A stretch of DNA of 64,000 bases from Mobula hypostoma (Eukaryota): assembly GCF_963921235.1 (NCBI RefSeq), contig NC_086108.1, forward strand, positions 69,008,001-69,072,000, in the 5' to 3' direction. Below are positions 1 to 11,283 of the stretch, piece after piece; positions within the stretch are counted from its first letter, which is position 1, and each line of letters starts with the position of its first letter. Below the pieces are notes generated by a model that saw only the letters and a list, made by a program, of their open reading frames with translations, searched no databases and was not told the DNA's origin. Position numbers and translations under genes: made by a program.

Positions 1-643
1 AAACTCTGACAAACTTATATAAATGTGCAATGGAGAGTATACTGACTGGTTACATCATGGCCTGGTATGGAAACACCAAGGCCCTTGAATGGAAATACCT
101 ATAAAAAGAGTAGTTGATACAGCTCAGTCCATCGTGGGTAAAGCCCTCCCACCATAGAGCAATCTACTCAGCGTGCTGTTACAGGAAGGTAGCATCTATC
201 AGCTAAGATCCCCACTATCCAGGCTGTGATCTCTGTTGCTGCTGTCACTTCGAAGGTGGTAAATGATCCACACCACCAGGTTTAAGGAACAGTTATTACC
301 CAGCAGTCACCAGGCTCTTGAACCAGAGGGAATGAGTTTACTCGCCCCCATCATTGAACTGTTCCCACAATCTATGTACTTACTTTCAAGGACCCACTAT
401 ATCATGTTCTCAATATTTATTGCCTTTTGATTTATTTTTATTATTTTTTTCCTTTCTTTTCCTATTTGCACAGTTTGTTGTCTTTAGCACGATGGTTGTT
501 TGTGCCCATCTTAGTGGGTGCAGTCTTTCATTGATTCTATTGTGTTTCTTGTATTTACTGTGAATGCCTGCAAGAAAATGAATCTCAGAATTGCATCTGG
601 TGACATACATGTACTTTGATAATAAATTTACTTTCAACTTTGA
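1..643 (+). mobile_element. Rex1/Babar-type LINE, 3' fragment
   Basis: Degenerate ORF end (ESILTGYIMAWYGN) plus a 3' UTR ending gataataaatttactttcaactttga. The same tail recurs at about 35700, 37385 and 40070. Confidence 0.75.
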
Positions 644-1683
644 ATCTGACTGTACATACATATACCCAAATGAAACGTTCCTCCAGACCACAGTGCATGC
701 ACAATACATACATTAAACACAGCACATAAAACAAAATATTACAAGTTAATAAAATATAATTCAAAAGGCATGTAAATAGTAAACAGCTCACTATCTTAGG
801 GATGCGATCTCACAGCATGGGGAAGGAAGCTATTACCCAGTCTAGTCTGAGTCCTGATGCTCCTTTACCTCCTTCCTGACACTAGTGGGTCAAAGAGATT
901 GTGGGATAGATGGTAGGGAGCCTCAGCAATGCTTAAGGCCCTTCATACACAATGTTCCCGGTAAATGTCACAATTTGTGGGGGGTGGGGGGTTGGAAGAA
1001 GAGACTCCGGTGATCCTCTCAGCAGTTTTTACAGTCCTCTATGGGATCTTGCAGCTTCTATACCACACAATGATGCAGCCTGACAGGACAGTCTCGATGG
1101 CACTTCTATAGGAAGTTACTAGAATAGGGGCAGGGAGCCTTGCACACCTCAATCTCCTCAAAGTGTAGACAATATTGTGCCGTTTTGACTAATCAGGAGG
1201 TGTTGTGGGTCCAGGTTAGACTTTGTGCTCTTCACTTGCTCCATGGCAGACACTGATGCACAATAGAGAGAGGCTGACCTGCGCCTTCCTAAAGTCCACA
1301 ATCATCTTTTTTGTCTTGTCCACTTTCAGACTCAAGTTGTTGTACTCACACCATTTCACAAGCTTCTCTATCTCCCCTCTGTATGCCAACTCATCATTAT
1401 TGCCATGAAGGTCAACCACTGTTGCATCATCAGCGAACTTGAAAATGTGGTTTGAGCTGAATCTGGCGGTGCATTCACAAGTCAGCAGCGTTAGCAACTG
1501 CTGGCTGAGCACAGAGCCCGAGGGGGCATCAGTGCTCAGTGATGGAGCGTCAGATATTACTATTGGGGTCTTTCCATCATGAAGCCCAAGGTCCAGTTAC
1601 AGAGAGGGTTGTTGAGTCCCAATGAGGACCATTCATTCCAGTCTCTAAGGATGATCGTGTTAAACACTAAGCTTAAGTTGATG

Positions 1684-4600
1684 AAATACAAGCTGAAATA
1701 GGTAAAGAACAACGTGGTTTTGTGAAAGACAAAGGTACAAGAAACGCAATATTGATGTTAAGGATACTATCAGAACGAGCTATTCAAGTGCAAAAAGATT
1801 TGTTTGTTCGTTTTATCGACTACAGAAAAGCATTTGATAAAGTGAAGCACAATAAGTTATTTGAAATATTACAGAAAACTCTATATCTAGATTCGAAAGA
1901 CCTCCACCTAATCAGAAATCTGATAAACTCCTGCTGTAAGAATAGATGGAGAAGTGAGTAAGTTTATGAAAATCAAGAGAGGCATTAGACAAGGGTGTGT
2001 TTTCTCCCCTGATTTATTTAATGTGTACAGTGAAACAATATTACAAAAAGTAAGAGACATCTTGAGAATCAAAGTTGGCGGTGAAAACATCAATAATTTC
2101 AGATATACAGATGACACTGTGTTAATTGCAAGTATGGAGGAAGAACTACAAAAGTTAATTGATATAATTGTTGAAGAAAGTGCAAAAACAGGTCTATCTA
2201 TCAATTGCAAAAAGACAGAATGTATGCTGATATCCAAAAAGAAGGAGAATCCTATCTGCAGGCTGCAAATAAACAGGGAAGACATAAAACAGGTACAGAA
2301 CTTTTGCTACTTAGGAATCTGGGTGATATCGGATGGCAGGTGTGACTTGGACATCAAAAGAGGAATAGGGATGGCAAAAGACACATTTACAAGAATGAAG
2401 AGTATACTGATCAATACTAAACTGGGCATGACAACCCACCTCAGAGTACTGAAATGTTACGTTTATCCAGTTATGTTATATGGCTCAGAATGTTGGACAA
2501 TACCTAGTAAAATGAGGAAACGAATTGAAGCAGCAGAGATGTGGTTTTTGAGGAGGATGCAAAGAATATCATGGACAAAATGAATATCTAACAAGGATGT
2601 CATGAACCGAGCAAGCACAAAAAGAGAAATAACGTATGAGATCATAAAAAGGCAACGTAACTTCATTGGACTTCATTGAAACTACAGTGGCATGAGAGAG
2701 GAACTGGCCAAAGTTGACTGGAAAGAGACACTGGCAGGAAAGACGGCACAGCAGCAGTGGCTGGAGTTTATGCGAGAAATGAGGAATGTGCAAGACAGGT
2801 ATATTCCAAAAAAGAAGAAATTTTCGAGTGGAAAAAGGATGCAACCGTGGTTGACAAGAGAAGTCAAAGCCAAAGTTAAAGCTAAGGAGAGGGCATACAA
2901 GGAAGCAAAAATTAGTGGGAAGACAGAGGATTGGGAAGTCTTTAAAACCTTACAAAAGGAAACCAAGAAGGTCACTAAGAGAGAAAAGATTAACTATGAA
3001 AGGAAACTAGCAAGTAATATCGAAGAGGATACTAAAAGCTTTTTCAAGTATATAAAGAGTAAAAGACAGGTGAGAGTAGATATAGGACCGATAGAAAATG
3101 ATACTGGAGAAATTGTAATGGGAGATGAGGAGATGGCAGAGGAACTGAACAAGTATTTTGCATCAGTCTTCACTGAGGAAGACAGCAGGATACCGGACAC
3201 TCAAGGGTGGCAGGGAAGAGAAGTGTGCGCAGTCACAATTACGACAGAGAAAGTACTCAGGAAGCTGAATAGGCTAAAGGTCGATAAATCTCCTGGACCA
3301 GATGGAATGCACCCTCGTGTTCTGAAGGAAGTAGCTGTGGAGATTGCGGAGGCATTAGCGATGATCTTTCAAAAGTCGATAGATTCTGCCATGGTTCCGG
3401 AGGACTGGAAGATTGCAAATGTCACTCCGCTATTTCAGAAGGGGGCAAGGAAGCAAAAAGGAAATTATAGACCTGTTAGTTTGACGTCAGTGGTTGGGAA
3501 GTTGTTGGAGTCGATTGTCAAGGATGAGGTTACAGAGGACCTGGAGGCATATGACAAGATAGGTAGAACTCAGCATGGATTCCTTAAAGGAAAATCCTGC
3601 CTGACAAACCTATTACAATTTTTTGAGGAAATTACCAGTAGGCTATACAAGGGAGATGCAGTGGATGTTGTATATTTGGATTTTCAGAAGGCCTTTGACA
3701 AGGTGCCACACATGAGGCTGCTTAACAAGATAAGAGCCCATGGAATTACAGGAAAGTTACATACGTGGATAGAGCGTTGGCTGATTGGCAGGAAACAGAG
3801 AGTGGGAATAAAGGGATCCTATTCTGGTTGGCTGCCGGTTACCAGTGGTGTTCCACAGGGATCAGTGTTGGGGCCGCTTCTTTTTACATTGTACATCAAC
3901 GATTTGGATTATGGAATAGAGGGCTTTGTGGCTAAGTTTGCTGACGATACGAAGATAGGCGGAGGGGCCGGTAGTGCTGAGGAAACGGAGAGTCTGCAGA
4001 GAGACTTGGATAGATTGGAAGAATGGGCAGAGAAGTGGCAAATGAAGTACAATGTTGGAAAGTGTATGGTTATGCACTTTGGCAGAAAAAATAAATGGGC
4101 AGACTATTATTTAAATGGGGAAAGAATTCAAAGTTCTGAGATGCAACGGGACTTGGGAGTCCTCGTACAGGATTCCCTTAAAGTTAACCTCCAGGTTGAG
4201 TCAGTAGTGAAGAAGGCGAATGCAATGTTGGCATTCATTTCCAGAGGAATAGAGTATAGGAGCAGGGATGTGATGTTGAGGCTCTATAAGGCGCTGGTGA
4301 GACCTCACTTGGACTACTGTGGGCAGTTTTGGTCTCCTTATTTAAGAAAGGATGTGCTGACGTTGGAGAGGGTACAGAGAAGATTCACTAGAATGATTCC
4401 GGGAATGAGAGGGTTAACATATGAGGAACGTTTGTCCGCTCTTGGACTGTACTCCTTGGAGTTTAGAAGAATGAGGGGAGACCTCATAGAAACATTTCGA
4501 ATGTTAAAAGGCATGGACAGAGTGGATGTGGCAAAGTTGTTTCCCATGATGGGGGAGTCTAGTACGAGAGGGCATGACTTCAGGATTGAACGGCGCCCTT

Positions 4601-5091
4601 TCAGAACCGAAATGCGAAAAAATTTTTTTAGTCAGAGGGTGGTGAATCTATGGAATTTGTTGCCACGGGCAGCAGTGGAGGCCAAGTCATTGGGTGTCTT
4701 CAAGGCAGAGATTGATAGGTATCTTGAGTAGCCAGGGCATCAAAGGTTATGGTGAGAAGGCGGGGCAGTGGGACTAAATAGGATAAAATGGATCAGCTCA
4801 TGATCAAACGGCGGAGCAGACTCGATGGGCCGAATGGCCTACTTCTGCTCCTTTGTCTTATGGTCTTAAGGACATGTGATTAGGAAAGAGGAATTAGAAT
4901 GCACGGTAATTATGGGAAAGATTGAAGGGAAAAAAGCAAGAGGAAGACAAAGACAAATGTTGATGGAGACAGCAGCCAGAGAAATGGAAATGAATACCAC
5001 TGAATTGATCCACTTGACCGGAAACAGGAGTCTGTGGGCCATGGCAGTCAAAGCTCAAACTGGGCACGGCCCCTGATGATGATGATGATGA
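1684..5091 (+). mobile_element. RTE-clade LINE, 5'-truncated, interrupted by CR1
   Basis: RT ORF pieces (GIRQGCVFSP, NNFRYTDDTVL, LYGSECW; GHVIRKEELE resumes at about 4870), a (TGA)n tail at 5074-5091, and a 10-bp TSD TAAGTTGATG at 1674-1683 and 5092-5101. Confidence 0.88.
2679..4868 (+). mobile_element. CR1 LINE, 5'-truncated, with an uninterrupted 679-codon ORF2 segment (RT to C-terminus)
   Basis: ORF 2692-4731 has [37 protein letters not shown] and FADDTK. It is followed by a CR1 3' UTR with a TCTTATGGTCTTA tail. Confidence 0.93.
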
Positions 5092-5178
5092 TAAGTTGAT
5101 GCACAATATCCTGACATATGAGGCAATGTTTTCTAGATGGGACAGAGTAGAGCGCCGAGTCTATGGCATCATTAGTAG

Positions 5179-6070
5179 TGCTACATACCTCATGGATATC
5201 TTGTGACTGTCTTATGACCATGAAGTAATTGAGAAGCTGATGAGCATGATATAATGGTCTTTTGGAGGTCACCGGATGTAATTTTCCCGCCGATGTGAGG
5301 TCACGTGATGACATGTTCACCTTGGATATAAAAGGAGACCCCTAGGGTGACGCAGTTTAGTTTTCCAGTTAGAACGTCAGCCAGATACACCGCTCCACTG
5401 CGTATTTGCCTTATGACGCAGTTTTAATTTAAAACTGAGTTTTACGTTCTATTGTAAGGTACAAAATTGTTGGGCTGGCAGTATAACCAATCGCTGCCAG
5501 GTTTGTTGATGTATCTTTTCAGTAGTATTGGAGAGTGAAGAAGGGAACCTGAAGGAGTCGTTCGGCAGTTTTGGAAAGATCGACCACTATTGAATTCGTT
5601 CAAGAAAGAGTGATCTGCATGAGATAGCCTCTGCTAAAAGCGGCAGAAAAGGCTGTGCAGTATCTAGTATACAGAGGGAAAGGTCAGTGCCTTTAAACCA
5701 TTTTATTTCCCTCGTCGTGAATCCTGCGGACAAGGCAGGTTCCGGCTGGGATCGGCAGTGATGTCGTGTCTTCGAGGAATTCTTTACTTCAGGAAAGTCT
5801 CTCCGAATTGACTGTATAAATCTCTTGGACTTTCGAATTTACCATTCTGAGAACTGTGTTTGAATTTACCACTTTAAGAACTGTTCTCGCATTTATCGCT
5901 TTAAGAACTAGTACTGAGTGGCGGTTTGTTAAATGGCCACATAGCAGTTTACTTCCGGTTAAGATTTTCGTTTGTTTATTTTTTTTAATATTGAGCGGAG
6001 TTTAATAAATGTTTGATTGTTTTTATAAAACCTGACTCGATTAATAGTCATTGTCGCCGATCACGTGACA
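5179..6070 (+). mobile_element. Solo LTR (892 bp)
   Basis: TG...CA ends, 4-bp TSD GTAG (5175-5178, 6071-6074), TATAAAA at about 5327 and AATAAA at about 6004. Removing it restores the host Rex1 reading NWSTNDAI. Confidence 0.8.
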
Positions 6071-6119
6071 GTAGACCAATTTAAGCGGTAGGTGAACTGG
6101 AAAGGAACCAATGTAGCTG

Positions 6120-6720
6120 TGTAATGCACTGTAAGGTTTCACTGCTAATGTAATGGCCTCTCTGTAATGTTTCACTACTAATGTAATGGTTTCCCTGTAG
6201 CAGTAATGTTTGGGTTATGACTAGAGATAATGGGGGCTTTGGAATGTGTGCCATCCAATGAGAGGCATGTTGTTTTTTTTTTGTGTGGGGCTGAGAGAAG
6301 TGATTTGCAGGCTTTTGTTCAGTGGAAGATGAAGAGGGAAGATGCCAGAATGGGGAAGTTGTAGACTGCAGGATAGAGTGGACTTGGAATGGGGTCAGGA
6401 GTCGATGCCCCGGGAGAAAAATCGAAGGAGAACGAATCGACAGGAAAACCGTGAGCTACGGCGTTGCGAAATACACTGTTTCATGAGAATGGGCTCTTTT
6501 TCTTTTTTTTTGGTTCTTTGCTTACCCTATATCCCAATTAAGAATTATAAAACTCAATCATTTCATTCCATATTGTGTACTGTTTGATATTTCGTGATTA
6601 CTGAATTTGTAACAGGGGAACACATCATGCAGCATCTACCCAAACAAGATTTCTTAAGTTTGGCTGGGCCAGGGGCCGTCTTCCCCTAGAGTAAGCCGCT
6701 AGCTGAACCTGAGGGTTACA
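6120..6720. mobile_element. Solo LTR (601 bp), different family
   Basis: TGTAA...TTACA inverted termini, 4-bp TSD GCTG (6116-6119, 6721-6724), and an internal ~32-bp repeat near the left end. Confidence 0.8.
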
Positions 6721-7927
6721 GCTGGAAGGTGAGATTTTATACCAGCCTGTACAAGCCACTCAAAGCCCTTCATGATTGTTGAGGTCAGTGCCACTGGGCG
6801 GTAATCATATTGACTGGTTACCATCACTCTCTAGAACACCAGAATGATAGGGACTGCCTTGAAGCCTGCTGGGACAGCGGACTTTGCAAACAGATGTTAA
6901 AGATATCTATTAAGACCTCCGTTAGCTGGGCCGCACAATCCTTCAGCACCCAACCAGGTTATGTTGTCCAGCCCCACAGCAGGATGGTCAAGTCTGGAGT
7001 GGTATCCTGGAGTCACATTTCTGTCAGGGTGAGTGTGCAGCCATCCCTCATGACCCAATGGATCAGATATGGGTAATCCATCTTATTTTCTAGCGATCGA
7101 CATTAGTGAGTAGAACTGTCAGGAGCACAGCCCTTTAATACCATTATGCTTACTGCGCATCTGTGACCTCATGCACCACTTCCAACATCCTATTTTCTGA
7201 GTGCCTGTAGTAAGCTGCAGTGTGATGTGAGGGCCTGTTCCACATGTTAGGCTGTAGCTATGCTGGACCTTTGTTATAAAGTTCATTAGCAAGAGATTTT
7301 AATGTTCTTTATGATCAGCAGTATTTTTCCAATCATAGAGAAGACGAAAAGGATGAGAAATTTCACCACTGATTAAAGCCAGGGAGGTCGCTGTGACCGT
7401 ATACACTGCCATCTTGTAACATTACTTGGCAGCAAATATATCTAGCCTTTGGCAAACAAATTACTTCACAAAAATATAAATAGGAGAATAGTTAGGCCAT
7501 TTGGTTGCTCAAGCTGCTATACCATTTAACAAGACCATGGCTAATTTTCTACTTTAGCATCATTTTGTGACAGTATCCCCAAATCCCTTTATCCTTTAAT
7601 ATCAAAACGTCTCCAGACCTCCATTTTGAATGCAGTTGAAGACCAAGTCTCTAATGCACGCTGGGATGGAGAATTCTCAGTACCAAGTTTTTATTTCAGA
7701 TTTAAATGGACTACATGTTTCAAGGCTGTGAACTGGAGGAAAACACCTTTCCTGCATCTACCCTGCCACGTCCTCTTTGAATTTTGTAGCTTCAAAAAGG
7801 TTACTTTTCATTCTTCTAAACTTCAAAGAGGTCTAGCACACTTAATTTCTCCTGGAAACCTCTCTTTGGGAAAAGAAGCCAAAATTGTATAGCATATTTC
7901 AAACGTGGTATCAAAAAGGCCACATAC

Positions 7928-10900
7928 TTAGAACAGCTTGTACTGGAGCCTACCAGAGAGAACGCAATTCTAGATTTAGTGTTATGCAGTGAACCGGATT
8001 TGATCAGGGACCTCGAGGTAAAGGAGCCATTAGGAGGTAGTGACCATAATATGTTAAGTTTTAATCTGCAATTTGAGAGAGAGAAGGGAAACTCGGAAGT
8101 GTCAGTATTACAGTTGAACAAAGGGAACTATGGTGCTATGAGGGAGGAGCTGGCCAAAATTCAATGAAACAACACCCTAGCAGGGAAGACAGAGGAACAG
8201 CAATGGCAAGTGTATCTGGGAATAATACAGAAGGTGCAGGATCAGCTCGTTCCAAAGAGGAAGAAAGATCCTAAGGGGAATAAGGGGAGGGAGACTGTGG
8301 CTGACAAGGGAAGTAATGGACAGTATAAAAATAAAAGAGAAGAAGTATAACATAGCAAAGATGAGTGGGAAGCCGGAGGATTGGGAAACTTTTAAAGAGC
8401 AACAGAAGATAACTAAAAAGGCAATACGTGGAGAAAAAATGAGGTACGAAGGTAAACTAGCCAAGAATATAGAGGAGGATAGTAAAAGCTGCTTTAGGTA
8501 TGTGAAAAGGAAAAAAATAGTTAAGACCAAAATTGAGCCCTTGAAGACAGAAACGGGTGAATTTATTATGGGGAACAAGGAAATGGCAGACAAGTTGAAC
8601 AGGTACTTTGGATCTGTCTTCACTAGGGAAGACACAAACAATCTCCCAGATATAATAGTGGCCAAAGGACCTAGGGTAATGGATGAACTGAAGGAAATTT
8701 ATATTAGGCAGGAAATAGTGTTGGATAGACTGCTGCGACTGAAGGCTGATAAGTCCTCGGGACCTGATGGTCTGCATCCCAGGGTACTTAAGGAGGTGGC
8801 TTTCCAAATCGTGGATGCATTGGTAATCATTTTCCAATGTTCTATAGATTCAGGATCAGTTCCTGTGGATTGGAGGGTGGCTAATGTTGTCCCTCTCTTC
8901 AAGAAGGGAAGAAGAGATAAAACAGGGAATCATAGACCGGTTAGCCTGACGTCGGTGGTGGGAAAGATGCTGGAGTCAATTATAAAAGAAGAAATTATGA
9001 CATATCTGGATAGCAGTAACAGGATCGGTCCGAGCCAGCATGGATTTACGAAGGGGAAATCGTGCTTGACTAATCTTCTGGAATTTTTTTAAGGATGTAA
9101 CTATAAAAATTGACAAGGGAGAGCCAGTGGATGTAGTGTACCTGGACTTTCAGAAAGCCTTTGATAAAGTCCCACACAGGAGATTAGTGGGCAAAAGTTA
9201 GGGCACATGGTATTGGGGGCAGAGTACTGACATGGGTTGAAAATTGGCTGGCTGACAGAAAACAAAGTAGCGATTAATGGGTCCCTTTCCGAATGGCAGG
9301 CGGTGACCAGTGGGGTACCGCAGGGTTCAGTGCTAGGACCGCAGCTGTTTACAATATATATTAATGATTTAGCTGAGGGAATTAAAAGTAACATTAGCAA
9401 ATTTGCCGATGACACAAAGCTGGGTGGCAGTGTGAAATGTGAGGAGGATTTTATGAGAATGTAGGGTGACTTGGACAGGCTGGGTGAGTGGGCAGATGCA
9501 TGGCAGATGCAGTTTAATGTGGATAAATGTGAGGTTATCCACTTTGGTGGTAAGAACGGGAAGGCAGATTATTATCTAAATGGAGTCAAGTTAGGAAAAG
9601 GGGAAGTACAGCTAGATCTAGGTGTTCTTGTACATCAGTCACTGAAAGCAAGCATGCAAGTACAGCAGACTGTAAAGAAAGCTAATGGCATGCTGGCCTT
9701 CATAACAAGGGGAATTGAATACAAGAGCAAAGAGGTCCTTCTGATAAGATTAGGGTAGATTGGGAACAGGAATTGGGGCTTACCATTTCTGTGGATGATT
9801 GGGGGCAGATTTTACAATTAGTTAATACTTCTTCTATTTGTGTTAAACATTCCCTAATTCAATTTAAAGTGGTGCATAGAGCACATATGTCCAAAGATAA
9901 GTTAGCGCGTTTTTACTCGCATATTAATCCTTTCTGTGATAGATGTTCGGGGCAGATAGCCTCTTTAACTCATATGTTTTGGTCTTGCCCTACTTTGGAA
10001 ACTTTTTGGAGAGTATTTTCAATATTATTTCTAAGGTATTAAATATAGATATCTCTCCTCACCCTATTACTGCTATCTTTGGACTACCTAAAATTTCTAG
10101 TAATCTTTCCCCTTCAGCCCGTAGAATGATTGCATTTCTTACTTTAATGGCGAAAAGATGTATTTTACAACATTGGAAAGAGCTTGATGCTCCAACTACC
10201 TTTTTTTGGTTTTCTCAGACGATTTTATGTTTGAATCTGGAGAAAATTAGAAGTAACCTTTATGATTCTTCATTTAAATTTGAACAGATTTGGGGACCTT
10301 TTATTCGATATTTTCATTTAATGTAATATTTACCCTTCTTGTTTTTTCTTCACTGTTTTAATGGAGGTCGGGATTGAGGACGTGATTTTAAGTTTAACTC
10401 TGTTTGGTTTCAAGTTAGCCCATTGCTTTGCTTTGCTTTTAGTTAGTTGCACGGTGGGTTTTTTTTTGGGGTTTTTTTTTTCTTTTTTTTCCATTGATAT
10501 ATATAAAATCTAGTATACTATTATGTTATCTTGGTTTCTTATGCTTAAATTACATTGTTTGTAGTATTTTCTTTTTGGTATTGTTATCTTTTGGAATTTT
10601 ATTATACTTTAACATTGTATTAATGTTTATATGGCTTACCTTTTTTGTATACTTACTCAATAAAAAGATTTAAAAAGAAAGAAAGAGGTCCTTCTGCAGC
10701 TCTACAGGGCCCTGGTGAGACCACACCTGGAGTACTGTGTGCAGTTTTGGTCTCCAAATTTGAGGAAGGACATTCTTGCTATTGAGCGAGTGCAGCATAG
10801 GTTCACAAGGTTAATTCCCGGGATGGCGGGACTGTCAATTGTCGAAAGATTGGAGCAACTAGGCTTGTATACTCTGCAATTTAGAAGGCTGAGAGGGGAT

Positions 10901-11283
10901 CTTATTGAAACGTATAAGATTATTAAGGGATTGGACATGCTGGAGGCAGGAAGCATGTTCCCGCTGATGGGTGAGTCCAGAACCAGAGGCCACAGCTTAA
11001 GAATAAAGGGGAGGCCATTTAGAATGGAGTTGAGGAAAAGCTTTTCCACCCAGAGAGTGGTGGATGTATGGAATGCTCCGCCCCCGAAGGCTGTGGAGGC
11101 CAAGTCTCTGGATGCTTTCAAGAAAGAGATGGATAGAGCTCTTAAAGATAGCGGAATCAAAGGTTATGGGGATAAGGCAGGAACTGGATACTGATAGTGG
11201 ATGATCAGCCATGATCACAGTGAATGGCGGTGCTGGCTCTAAGGGCCAAATGGCCTACTCCTGCACCTATTGTCTGTTGTCTA
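7928..11283 (+). mobile_element. CR1 LINE, frameshifted, interrupted by an L1 fragment
   Basis: Endonuclease end (LGGSDHN), RT segments 8316-9092 and 9237-9743, C-terminus 10715-11194, and a 3' tail ctattgtctgttgtcta. Confidence 0.9.
9744..10681 (+). mobile_element. L1-clade LINE 3' fragment
   Basis: ORF2 C-terminal Cys motif (CDRC...ASLTHMFWSC), T-rich 3' UTR, AATAAA with an A-rich tail, and a 15-bp TSD AAAGAGGTCCTTCTG (9729-9743, 10682-10696). Confidence 0.88.

Larger units (their letters stand above)
645..7000 (-). mobile_element. Rex1/Babar-type LINE, decayed, split by RTE, CR1 and two solo LTRs
   Basis: Minus-strand RT motifs KFADDATVV (about 1420), YVRILCINLSLVFNT (joined across 1684-5101), NWSTNDAI (joined across 5179-6074) and DYRPVALTSTIMKGFE (about 6770-6808). 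Outer boundaries are approximate. Confidence 0.8.

Noticed and set aside
2692..4731. 679-aa ORF as a host or domesticated gene
   Set aside because: It is a 5'-truncated CR1 ORF2 with no endonuclease, a CR1 tail, and a position inside an RTE. The open frame is best explained by recent insertion.
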